From positions 1 to 10,168 of the forward strand of contig JANMQV010000058.1 of NCBI GenBank assembly GCA_031370645.1: 10,168 bases of DNA, read 5' to 3'. The notes under the pieces were generated by a model. That model was not told the DNA's origin. It ran no database searches and saw only the letters and a program-made list of their open reading frames with translations. This document shows, piece by piece, positions 1 to 7,707 of this stretch (its first letter is position 1; each line of letters opens with the position of its first letter). The position numbers and the translations under genes are program-made. This DNA is from Candidatus Eiseniibacteriota bacterium. GTDB taxonomy: Bacteria > Eisenbacteria > RBG-16-71-46 > SZUA-252.

Positions 1-368
1 CGCCGCACGACCTCGCGGAGCGCGACCTCGCGCTTCGCTCCCTCTTCCCCGATTTCCTTGAAACCCGCCGAAATCACGACGAGCGCCTTTACACCTTTCT
101 TGCCGCAGGCTTCCACTGCTTCCAAGACACCGACTGAAGGAACGACGATGATTGCCAGATCCACTTCGCCCGGCACGGCGGCGATGTTTGAATAGGCGGG
201 AAGCGATTGGACGTGCGTGGCGTTGGGATTGATCGCGTAGACCGGCCCCTGGAAGGGCTGCTCGGTCAGGTTATGCAGGATGGCGCCGCCGATTGCGTCG
301 CGACGGCGCGAGGCGCCGATGACCGCGATGCTGCGGGGCCGAAAGAGTGGATCGAGTGATTCCGGCAT
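1..368 (-). CDS. ADP-forming acetate/acyl-CoA ligase (ACD family), N-terminal CoA-binding domain; runs off the left edge of the window
   Basis: Not in the ORF track. Manual translation from ATG at 368: MPESLDPLFRPRSIAVIGASRRRDAIGGAILHNL...GPVYAINPNA...PAYSNIAAVPGEVDLAIIVVP...VEACGKKGVKALVVISAGFKEIGEEG. The motifs P.SIAVIGAS, VDLAII.VP and ISAGF.E.G are typical of this family. GAGGAG RBS lies just upstream and there is no stop before the edge. Confidence 0.93.
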   Translation of the reverse strand, partial: MPESLDPLFRPRSIAVIGASRRRDAIGGAILHNLTEQPFQGPVYAINPNATHVQSLPAYSNIAAVPGEVDLAIIVVPSVGVLEAVEACGKKGVKALVVISAGFKEIGEEGAKREVALREVVR

Positions 369-410
369 GGGGCTCTCCTCTCGGCGCGCCTCCGTGGCGC
401 GACCGAAACG

Positions 411-419
411 AGTGTATCA
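411..419 (-). promoter_or_regulatory. Putative extended -10 promoter (TGnTACACT) for the acyl-CoA ligase gene
   Basis: Minus strand reads TGATACACT about 43 nt upstream of the ATG at 368; no good -35 hexamer is present. Confidence 0.5.
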
Positions 420-464
420 CTTCAGCGGAATTTCGCGGGGTGGTCCGGAGGTAGCGCGAGAGCG

Positions 465-761
465 CTAGGGTAGCCCCGCCTTACGGCGCGCCGCTTCCAC
501 CTGCCGCGCGAGGGCAACGTCCTTATCCGTGATGCCACCCTGGTCGTGGGTTACAAGCGAGAGCGTGATGTTGCTGTATCGGATGTCGATGTCGGGGTGG
601 TGGTTCGCCACCTCCGCCAGTTGCGCCACCGCGTTCACGAAGACGATCGCTTCGGGGAACGAGGGGTGCGCGAACTTCTTCTGGATCATCCCGCCGATCA
701 CGCTCCAGCCCGGGAGCGTGGCAAGTTCTTTCGCGAGATCGGAATCGCCGAGGCGCGCCAT
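465..761 (-). CDS. phhB: Pterin-4-alpha-carbinolamine dehydratase (4a-hydroxytetrahydrobiopterin dehydratase, PCD/PhhB family)
   Basis: Motif E-x3-H-H-P-x5-Y-x9-H-x8-D (EVANHHPDIDIRYSNITLSLVTHDQGGITDKD). Start placed at ATG 761 (MARLGDSDL), 4 nt after the stop of the upstream gene; the track start at 779 overlaps that gene. Confidence 0.93.
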   Translation of the reverse strand: MARLGDSDLAKELATLPGWSVIGGMIQKKFAHPSFPEAIVFVNAVAQLAEVANHHPDIDIRYSNITLSLVTHDQGGITDKDVALARQVEAARRKAGLP

Positions 762-765
762 GCGA

Positions 766-1053
766 CTACCAGCGACCAAGAAGGTCTGGGTCGGGCATCA
801 TCTCGGGCGACCAGGCGTCGGGCATGATCTCGACCTCGGAGTCCTTCCCCGTCACACGCTTCATGACCGCCTTCACCTCCGCGACGATCTGCGGCGCGTA
901 GGGGCAAAACGGCGTCGTGAGGAGCATCCGAACCATCGGCGGCTCCGACACGAGGTCTACCTCGCGGACGAGTCCGAGTTCGATGATGCTGAGATGGATT
1001 TCCGGATCCACTACTTCTTCGAGCGCCGTGCGGACTTCTTCTTCGGTTGCCAT
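766..1053 (-). CDS. sufT: Metal-sulfur cluster assembly factor, SufT/PaaD/DUF59 (MIP18) family
   Basis: 95 aa with V.DPE...SI.ELGLV and LTTPFCP motifs; AAGGAG RBS; located in a suf operon. Confidence 0.88.
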   Translation of the reverse strand: MATEEEVRTALEEVVDPEIHLSIIELGLVREVDLVSEPPMVRMLLTTPFCPYAPQIVAEVKAVMKRVTGKDSEVEIMPDAWSPEMMPDPDLLGRW

Positions 1054-1067
1054 GAGTTCTCCTTCTT

Positions 1068-1394
1068 CTAGTCCGGGAGACCGATCAGAAGATCGTCCCC
1101 CTCGACGCGCACTGGATACGACTCCACCGGGGTGATGGCCGGCATGCAGGTGGCCGCCCCGCTCTTGATGTCGAATCGCGCCCCGTGGCGGGGGCAGATC
1201 ACTTCCTGGCCATCCAACTCGCCTTCGGCGAGCGGGCCGCCGTCATGCGTGCAGATGTCCTCGATGGCGTAGTACGCGCCGTCGAGCCGATACACCGCGA
1301 TGTGGCGGTCTTCAATTTCGAACACTTCGGGGCGCCCTTCCGGAACCTCGGTGGAGCGCCCAATCTTCACGAACCGCGCGGTGCCGGCGCTCAT
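1068..1394 (-). CDS. Rieske [2Fe-2S] ferredoxin (dioxygenase ferredoxin-subunit type), SUF-associated
   Basis: Rieske ligand boxes CTH (DICTHDGGPL) and CPRH (ICPRHGARFD); ATGA overlap with the upstream gene. Confidence 0.95.
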   Translation of the reverse strand: MSAGTARFVKIGRSTEVPEGRPEVFEIEDRHIAVYRLDGAYYAIEDICTHDGGPLAEGELDGQEVICPRHGARFDIKSGAATCMPAITPVESYPVRVEGDDLLIGLPD

Positions 1395-1789
1395 GCCTCA
1401 TCCTCCTCTTTCCACCCCTGAATACCGTACACCCCCACCTTCAGCGTCTTGAGCGCGAGTAGCGCGCATTTGAGCCGGACGGGGCCGAGTTCGATTCCCA
1501 ATAACTCGAGGACGTCGTCGCGATTGAGCGCCTTCACTTCCTCGAGGGACTTTCCAATAATCTCATCCGAAAGCATCGAGGCGGCAGCACGGCTGATCGA
1601 ACAGCCGACACCGCTGAACTTCACGTCCTCGACCTTTCCGTCCTTGATCTTCAGATCCATCCGGATCCGGTCGCCGCAGAGCGGATTCGAATCCTCCGCG
1701 CTGACGTCGGGATTTTCGATCGTCCCCCAGTTTCGGGGATTCTGGTAGTGGTCGATGATGTTCTGACGGTTGAAATCGTCGAGGCTCAT
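1391..1789 (-). CDS. sufU: U-type Fe-S scaffold / sulfur-transfer protein (SufU/IscU/NifU_N family)
   Basis: DHY.NPRN.G, NP.CGD (C38, D40), GC.IS (C63), R.KCA (C108); directly follows sufS with an ATGA overlap. Confidence 0.9.
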   Translation of the reverse strand: MSLDDFNRQNIIDHYQNPRNWGTIENPDVSAEDSNPLCGDRIRMDLKIKDGKVEDVKFSGVGCSISRAAASMLSDEIIGKSLEEVKALNRDDVLELLGIELGPVRLKCALLALKTLKVGVYGIQGWKEEDEA

Positions 1790-3039
1790 CGGTTGAAGAC
1801 CGCCTTCACTTTCTCGATGCCTTCCGCCAGCCGCTCGACCTCCGTCGCGTCGTTGTAGACCGTGAACGAAGCGCGCGCGGTCGCCGGAACGCCGAGCCGA
1901 GCGTGAAGCGGCATCGCGCAGTGGTGTCCCGCGCGAACGGCGATTCCCTCCCGGTCGAGCTCTCCCGCCACGTCATGGGCATGAATGTCCGCCACCGTGA
2001 AGCTCAAGACCGCGCCGCGATCTTCCGCGACGGGCGGGCCGTAGACCGTGACGCCGGGGATCCTCTCGAGCGTCTCGATGGCCTGGACGGCCAGTGCGTA
2101 GCCGTGGGCGTGGACCGCGTCCATACCGAGTGCGGAGAGATAGTCGATGGCGGCGCCGAGACCGACGGCATCGGCGAAATTCATCGTCCCCGCCTCGAAC
2201 TTAGAGGGCGGATCGGCCCAGGTCGATTTCTGGAGCATGACTTCGCGGATCATTTCCCCGCCGCCGAAGAAGGGCGGCATCGACTCCAGATGCTCTCGCT
2301 TCGCCACGAGCGCGCCGATGCCGGTCGGGCCGAGCATCTTGTGCCCCGAGAAAGCGAGGAAGTCGGCGCCGGTCGCCTGGAAGTCCACGGGGAGATGCGG
2401 CACTGCTTGGGCGGCATCGATGAACACGATCGCCCCGACTGCGTGCGCGCGCCGCGTTAGTTCAACGACCGGATTGATCGTGCCGAGCGCGTTCGAAACC
2501 CAGGTGAACGAAACAATCTTCACCGGAGCCTTGAGGAGCGTGTCGAGATTCGTGAGATCGAGCCTGCCGTGCGAATCGATCGGGATGTGGCGCAACTCGG
2601 CGCCCTTCTCCTCGGCCAGCATCTGCCACGGCACGAGATTCGAGTGATGCTCCATCTCGGTCGTGAGAATCACATCGCCCCGGCCGACGTTCTTCCGGCC
2701 CCAGGCGTTCGACACGAGATTGACCGACTCGGTCGTTCCGCGCGTGAAAACCACGTCGCGGGCCGAGCGGGCATTGACGAAGCGCGCCACCTTTTCGCGC
2801 GCCCCTTCGTACGCCGCCGTCGCTTCTTCGCCCAACAGGTAAACACCCCGGTGGACGTTGGCGTTGTGGAGCCGATAGAAGTCGTCGAGCGCCTTCAACA
2901 CCGAGGCCGGCTTCTGCGTCGTCGCCGTGTTGTCGAGATAGGCGAGAGGCTTCCCATGGATCTTCCGTTCGAGGATCGGGAAGTCGCGGCGAATCGCCGC
3001 CACGTCGAGCCGCCGCGCGGGCGCGGCCGTCGGATTCAC
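1786..3039 (-). CDS. sufS: Cysteine desulfurase, group II (SufS)
   Basis: YLDN.AT.QKP, ANVHRG, EHHSN.VPW, PLP-lysine motif SGHKM.GP.G, group II catalytic loop RAGHHCA; GTG start abuts the sufD stop. Confidence 0.97.
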   Translation of the reverse strand: MNPTAAPARRLDVAAIRRDFPILERKIHGKPLAYLDNTATTQKPASVLKALDDFYRLHNANVHRGVYLLGEEATAAYEGAREKVARFVNARSARDVVFTRGTTESVNLVSNAWGRKNVGRGDVILTTEMEHHSNLVPWQMLAEEKGAELRHIPIDSHGRLDLTNLDTLLKAPVKIVSFTWVSNALGTINPVVELTRRAHAVGAIVFIDAAQAVPHLPVDFQATGADFLAFSGHKMLGPTGIGALVAKREHLESMPPFFGGGEMIREVMLQKSTWADPPSKFEAGTMNFADAVGLGAAIDYLSALGMDAVHAHGYALAVQAIETLERIPGVTVYGPPVAEDRGAVLSFTVADIHAHDVAGELDREGIAVRAGHHCAMPLHARLGVPATARASFTVYNDATEVERLAEGIEKVKAVFNR

Positions 3040-4416
3040 TTAACCGTCCGCCTTTCGCTCCACCGCCGCCGTGACGAGCGCGCGCAGCGATTCCGCGGGA
3101 ATGCGGTCGAGGACCGGCGTGAAGAAGCCGCCGATCACGAGGAGTTCGGCTTCGTGGCGCGAGAGACCGCGGGACATGAGGTAGAAGAGTTGTTCGTCGT
3201 CCACCTGGCCGACCGTCGCCCCGTGCGTGCAACGGACGTCGTTCGCCTCGATTTCGAGACTCGGAATCGAATCAGCCCTCGCTTTGTTGGAAAGAATGAG
3301 ATTCCGGTTCGCCTGGTAGGCGTCCGAGCGCTGGGCGTCCCGATGAATCTTGATCAGGCCCTGATAGATCGTGCGGGCACGGCCACGAAGCGCTCCCTTG
3401 AAAAGGAGGTCGCTGACGGAGTGACCGACCTTGTGGTTCTGGTAGGTGTGGAAGTCGAAGTGCTGTGTCTCGCTCCCGAAGTAGCAGCCGGAGAGCTTCG
3501 CTTCGGCGCCTTCGCCCTCCAGGTACATTTCGAAGTCGGCCTTCCGGAGCTTTCCGCCGAGTTCGGTCACGGTCCAATGGAAGCGGGCGTCGCGCCCCAC
3601 GCGGACGCGTTCGGTGCCGAAGTGGTAGACGTTTCCGCCCCAACGCTGGAAGGTGGCGAAGTGAAGCGTCGCCGCCTGGCCCACCGTGAGTTCGGTCACG
3701 CCGGAGCAAACACCGTTCCCCGGCTCACCGGCCGAGACGTACTCCTCGATCACCGTGGCCGCAGCCCCTTCCTCGAGCGCCACCACGATGTGCGGGAATT
3801 GCGCGAGGTGCGGCGTCTGGCGGGTGATGACGATGCGAATCGGCCGATCGATCTTCACGCCCTTCGGGACGTGAAGGAACGCGCCGCCCGTCCGAAGCGC
3901 GGCGTTCAGCCCGGTGAAACGATTCTCGTCGGGACGCACCGTCGCGCCGAGATAGCGTTCAACGAGCGCCGGCTGAAGGCGCGCCGCCTCGGCGATCGGA
4001 GCGAACGTCACGCCCTTCGCGGCGAACTCGGCCGAGCGCTCGACATACACGATTTCGGAATCGATGTGCACGAGAAGCGCCGAGCGCTCCTCCGCGGGAC
4101 CGATCGCCTCATGGAGCGACTCGGGAAGCGCCGCCGCCGACTTCACCATCGGATGCGCCGCCTGGTACGGAATCAGTTCTTCCCACTTGAAAGTGGAGAT
4201 GTCGGTCCGGCGCCATAGTTCTTCCAGGCGGCCCGGGAACGCCGTCTTCTGGCAGTAGGTCCACGCCGCGGCTCGCCGCTTTGCCAGGAAGTCGCTGTCG
4301 CCGCTTCGCGTCGCGAGCGCGGCGATGTCTCCCTGCTGGATCGACCCAAGCGTCGGCGCCACGCCCATCGCCGAAGCGACGGCGGGAGCCGGGGTCGTTA
4401 GTTCAGTCGGATTCAC
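3040..4416 (-). CDS. sufD: Fe-S cluster assembly protein SufD
   Basis: E.WRRTD, QH.DF.T.Q.H, S..LFKG.L, DAYQ.NRNLILS, P.LEI.ANDVRCTHGATVG, LFYLMSRG. Start placed at GTG 4416 (GAGGAG 6 nt upstream); the alternative is TTG 4458, overlapping the sufB stop. Confidence 0.93.
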   Translation of the reverse strand: MNPTELTTPAPAVASAMGVAPTLGSIQQGDIAALATRSGDSDFLAKRRAAAWTYCQKTAFPGRLEELWRRTDISTFKWEELIPYQAAHPMVKSAAALPESLHEAIGPAEERSALLVHIDSEIVYVERSAEFAAKGVTFAPIAEAARLQPALVERYLGATVRPDENRFTGLNAALRTGGAFLHVPKGVKIDRPIRIVITRQTPHLAQFPHIVVALEEGAAATVIEEYVSAGEPGNGVCSGVTELTVGQAATLHFATFQRWGGNVYHFGTERVRVGRDARFHWTVTELGGKLRKADFEMYLEGEGAEAKLSGCYFGSETQHFDFHTYQNHKVGHSVSDLLFKGALRGRARTIYQGLIKIHRDAQRSDAYQANRNLILSNKARADSIPSLEIEANDVRCTHGATVGQVDDEQLFYLMSRGLSRHEAELLVIGGFFTPVLDRIPAESLRALVTAAVERKADG

Positions 4417-4454
4417 TCGTGTCTCCTCGTTCACGCTGCTGGAAGTTGGGCCGG

Positions 4455-5876
4455 TCAACCGACCGAGCCTTCCATTTGCAGCTGGATCAGGCGATTCATC
4501 TCGACGGCGTACTCCATCGGAAGTTCCTTCGTGATCGGCTCGATGAATCCGCTCACGATCATCGCGGCCGCTTCGTCCTGCGTGATGCCGCGGCTCATGA
4601 GATAGAAAATCTGCTCGTCGCCGATCTTCGAGACCGTGGCCTCGTGACCGATGGAGACCATGTCCTCCTCGATCTCCATGTACGGATAGGTGTCGGAGCG
4701 CGAGTCCTCATCAAGGATGAGCGCGTCGCACTTGACGGTCGACTTGCAGCCGTGCGAGCCCTTCGTCACCTTCACGAGCCCGCGATAGCCCGCGCGCCCG
4801 CCATCCTTGCTGATCGACTTCGAGATGACGTTGGACGTCGTATCGGGAGCGGCGTGGACCACCTTGCCTCCGGCGTCCTGATGCTGCCCCTTGCCGGCGA
4901 ACGCGATCGAAAGGATTTCGGCGTGGGCGCCTTTGCCCACCATGTAGACGGACGGGTACTTCATCGTCAGTTTGGATCCGAGGTTAGCATCCACCCATTC
5001 CATGGTGGCGTCCTCGTGCGCCATAGCGCGCTTCGTGACGAGGTTATAGACGTTGTTCGACCAGTTCTGGATCGTCGTGTAGCGGCAGCGGCCGCCCTTC
5101 TTCACGATGATCTCGACCACGGCCGAGTGGAGCGAGTCGGTGGCGTAGATCGGCGCGGTGCAACCCTCGACGTAGTGCACGTAGGCGCCTTCGTCGACGA
5201 TGATGAGCGTCCGCTCGAACTGCCCCATGTTCTGGGCGTTGATGCGGAAGTAGGCCTGAAGGGGAAGATCGACCTTCACGCCCTTCGGCACGTAGATGAA
5301 TGAGCCACCCGACCAAACCGCGCTATTGAGCGCCGCGAACTTGTTGTCCGACGGCGGAATTACCGTGCCGAAGTATTCGCGGAATAGTTCGGGGTGCTGC
5401 TCGAGCGCCGACCCGGTGTCGAGGAAGATGACTCCCTGCGCCGAGAGCGACTCCTTGATCTTGTGATAGACGGTCTCCGAGTCGTACTGGGCGCCGACGC
5501 CCGAGAGGAATTTCTGCTCGGCCTCGGGAATGCCCAGCTTATCGAACGTCCGCTTGATGTCGGCGGGGATGTCTTCCCACGACTTACCCTGCTCGTCGAC
5601 CGGTTTCAGATAGTAGTAGATGTCCTGAAAATCGATATCGCTCAAGCGCCCGCCCCACGTCGGCATCGGCTTCCGCTCGAAGTGCTCGTACGACTTGAGG
5701 CGGAACTCGCGCATCCACGCCGGCTCCTTCTTCATATCCGAGATCATCGTCACGACGTCCTTGTCGAGACCCTTCCTCGACTTGAAGATCGGGGCGATGT
5801 CGTCGTGGAAGCCGAACTTCTCCTTGTAGCCCTCGCGGATATCGAGGACCGGCTGCTGCGGCTGCTGGTCGCTCAT
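4455..5876 (-). CDS. sufB: Fe-S cluster assembly protein SufB
   Basis: 473 aa with [59 protein letters not shown] and C-terminal EGSVG; AAGGAG RBS; no intein-sized insertion. Confidence 0.98.
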   Translation of the reverse strand: MSDQQPQQPVLDIREGYKEKFGFHDDIAPIFKSRKGLDKDVVTMISDMKKEPAWMREFRLKSYEHFERKPMPTWGGRLSDIDFQDIYYYLKPVDEQGKSWEDIPADIKRTFDKLGIPEAEQKFLSGVGAQYDSETVYHKIKESLSAQGVIFLDTGSALEQHPELFREYFGTVIPPSDNKFAALNSAVWSGGSFIYVPKGVKVDLPLQAYFRINAQNMGQFERTLIIVDEGAYVHYVEGCTAPIYATDSLHSAVVEIIVKKGGRCRYTTIQNWSNNVYNLVTKRAMAHEDATMEWVDANLGSKLTMKYPSVYMVGKGAHAEILSIAFAGKGQHQDAGGKVVHAAPDTTSNVISKSISKDGGRAGYRGLVKVTKGSHGCKSTVKCDALILDEDSRSDTYPYMEIEEDMVSIGHEATVSKIGDEQIFYLMSRGITQDEAAAMIVSGFIEPITKELPMEYAVEMNRLIQLQMEGSVG

Positions 5877-5901
5877 GATCTAGCTCCTTGCCCGAGGGCA
5901 G

Positions 5902-6666
5902 TTAGGCCGCGGTCGCTTCGCGGATCTTGTCGTAGCCCTGCGCTTCGAGCTCGTGCGCGAGCTCCGAACCGCCGGACTTCACGATGCGTCCGTCCACGAG
6001 AACGTGGACGAAGTGAGGCTTGATGTAATTGAGAATGCGCTGGTAGTGCGTGATGAGAAGGATGCCCAAGTCCGGGCCGGCGAGCGCGTTCACGCCCTCC
6101 GACACGATGCGGAGCGCGTCGATGTCGAGGCCGGAGTCGGTCTCGTCGAGGACCGCGACCTCGGGGCGAAGCACCGCCATCTGGAGAATCTCGGCGCGCT
6201 TCTTCTCGCCGCCAGAGAAGCCATCGTTGATGTAACGGCCCGCGAACGACTCGTCCATCTTGAGAAGCGCCATCTTCTCCTTCACGAGCGAACGGAATTC
6301 CTTCGGCGGCATCGGCTTCTCTTCGCCCGCCGCCTTCCGCTTCGCCTGGAGGGCCATGCGGAGGAAGTTCGCGACGCTCACGCCCGGAATCGCGATCGGA
6401 TACTGAAACGCGAGGAAAAGTCCCTTCCGGCCACGCTCGTCCGCTTCCCACTCCGAGATGTCCTCGCCGTGGAAGAAGACCTTGCCCGAGGTGATCTCGT
6501 ACTTCGGATTTCCCATGAGCGCGTTCGCGAGGGTGCTCTTGCCGGAGCCGTTCGGGCCCATGATGGCGTGGATCTCTCCCTTGTTCACGGAGAGCGAGAG
6601 TCCCTTGAGAATCGCCTTTCCCTCCACGGCGACGTGGAGGTCTTGAATCTGGAGTGTCGGGGTCAT
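5902..6666 (-). CDS. sufC: Fe-S cluster assembly ATPase SufC
   Basis: Walker [17 protein letters not shown], signature GFSGGEKKR, Walker [29 protein letters not shown]. Confidence 0.98.
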   Translation of the reverse strand: MTPTLQIQDLHVAVEGKAILKGLSLSVNKGEIHAIMGPNGSGKSTLANALMGNPKYEITSGKVFFHGEDISEWEADERGRKGLFLAFQYPIAIPGVSVANFLRMALQAKRKAAGEEKPMPPKEFRSLVKEKMALLKMDESFAGRYINDGFSGGEKKRAEILQMAVLRPEVAVLDETDSGLDIDALRIVSEGVNALAGPDLGILLITHYQRILNYIKPHFVHVLVDGRIVKSGGSELAHELEAQGYDKIREATAA

Positions 6667-6727
6667 TCGGTGTTTCTCCTTTTATCGGGCGCGGTGTTCG
6701 CGCCTGGTTCATGGCCGGAATCGGCCG

Positions 6728-7105
6728 TTATACGCTGAAACTCTCCCCGCAACCGCACGCCTTCTTGGCGCGAGGGTTGAGGAACTGAACGCCCGATCCC
6801 AGGAGCCCGCGCTGGTAGTCGACCGTCGTTCCCTCGAGAATCGCGAGCGAACGGGGGTCGACGACGACGGTCAAGTCGTCGTACTCCAGCACCAGGTCCC
6901 CCGGACGCGCGGACGTGGTGAAGACCATCACGTAGTGATATCCCGAGCAGCCGCCCGCCTTCACTCCGAGGCGGAGAATCTGCCCTTCCTTCCCTTCGCG
7001 AGTGCGTGCTTGCTTCACGTACGCGACCGCGCCGGGCGTCAACACGACCGTTCCCGCCGGGGCGTCGGGCCGCGCTTCGGGATTCGGTGAAATCGATTCG
7101 GTCAT
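6728..7105 (-). CDS. A-type Fe-S carrier protein (HesB/IscA/SufA family)
   Basis: LR.GV..GGCSG..Y, VD..S...L.G..VDY, NP.A...CGCGESF; ATGA overlap with the MerR gene. Confidence 0.95.
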   Translation of the reverse strand: MTESISPNPEARPDAPAGTVVLTPGAVAYVKQARTREGKEGQILRLGVKAGGCSGYHYVMVFTTSARPGDLVLEYDDLTVVVDPRSLAILEGTTVDYQRGLLGSGVQFLNPRAKKACGCGESFSV

Positions 7106-7653
7106 CGGCTCTTCGTTCCGAGGGGGATCGTGATCCCGCCTCCGTTAGCGCCGCCCTGAAGGCGCGCCGATACGTGAAATCCCGCGACGAGCGCGGGCTC
7201 TTCCTTGACGCCGTGATCCACCGGGCACTGCGGGCAATCGTCCGCCGTCGTGCGCACCGGCTGGCACTGATCGCAGGTGTGGAGGTAGTGAAGCGCCTCC
7301 ACGAGTTCCTGCTCCAACGTCTGGTAGCGCTTCAATTGCTCCCGCGTCTCGGTGAGGCGCGACTGAAACGCCTCGCGAAGCGTGGCCATGGCGGTCGGCC
7401 CGTAGTGGGTCTCCTGCCACTCGCGCCGAAGGCCCTGGATTTGATGAAGCGTGAAACCGCATTCCTGCAGCAGTTCGATCCAGCGGATCTGACGGATCGC
7501 GGTCTCGTCGTAGAGTCGAAAGCCGCCCTGAGACCGCGTCGCGGGCGTCAGGAGTCCCAGCTCCTCATATAGATGAAGAGCCCGGATCGACTTCCCGGCC
7601 TGCTTGGCTAGGTCGCCTACTTTGAGGAGTTTGCTTTGATCAATCGTTTCCAT
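7102..7653 (-). CDS. MerR-family transcriptional regulator with C-terminal CX2C-X9-CX2C motif
   Basis: N-terminal MerR HTH (KVGDLAKQAGKSIRALHLYEELGLLTP..RSQGGFRLY, GFTL.QI), a long coiled-coil helix, then C127, C130, C140, C143. Confidence 0.93.
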   Translation of the reverse strand: METIDQSKLLKVGDLAKQAGKSIRALHLYEELGLLTPATRSQGGFRLYDETAIRQIRWIELLQECGFTLHQIQGLRREWQETHYGPTAMATLREAFQSRLTETREQLKRYQTLEQELVEALHYLHTCDQCQPVRTTADDCPQCPVDHGVKEEPALVAGFHVSARLQGGANGGGITIPLGTKSR

Positions 7654-7677
7654 GGGACCTTCTAGGGTTAGATGCGG

Positions 7678-7707
7678 ATCGTACCCTTACGTGTACGTTA
7701 GAGTCTA
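7678..7707 (-). promoter_or_regulatory. Putative sigma70 promoter of the merR-suf operon (-35 TAGACT, 18-bp spacer, -10 TACGAT)
   Basis: Minus strand reads TAGACT-CTAACGTACACGTAAGGG-TACGAT; the -10 lies 24 nt upstream of the ATG at 7653. Confidence 0.7.
7683..7704. promoter_or_regulatory. MerR-type operator, imperfect 10-2-10 inverted repeat
   Basis: ACCCTTACGT-GT-ACGTTAGAGT; 8 of 10 arm positions are complementary. It overlaps the -35 and fills the spacer, the usual position of MerR-family operators. Confidence 0.75.

Noticed and set aside
280-468. 62-aa plus-strand ORF
   Set aside because: Antisense to the acyl-CoA ligase start and its promoter region; no recognisable features.
2569-4218. 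549-aa plus-strand ORF
   Set aside because: Antisense shadow of sufS/sufD; Arg-rich with no recognisable motifs, as expected opposite genes in GC-rich DNA.
4281-5303. 340-aa plus-strand ORF (similarly 1903-2460, 2147-2647, 5394-6023, 5953-6738, 7006-7572)
   Set aside because: Antisense to well-supported suf operon genes, with no independent coding evidence.
4455-5876. Possible intein in SufB, as occurs in mycobacteria
   Set aside because: Protein is of normal length and continuous through its conserved motifs.
5889-5900. Small hairpin UGCC-CUCG-GGCA before the sufB RBS
   Set aside because: Too short and lacks a U-tract, so it cannot be supported as a terminator or regulatory element.
5873-6712. 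279-aa minus-strand ORF overlapping sufC in another frame and ending at the sufB start
   Set aside because: Arg/Gly/Pro-rich off-frame composition; sufC has a clear RBS and all ABC ATPase motifs.
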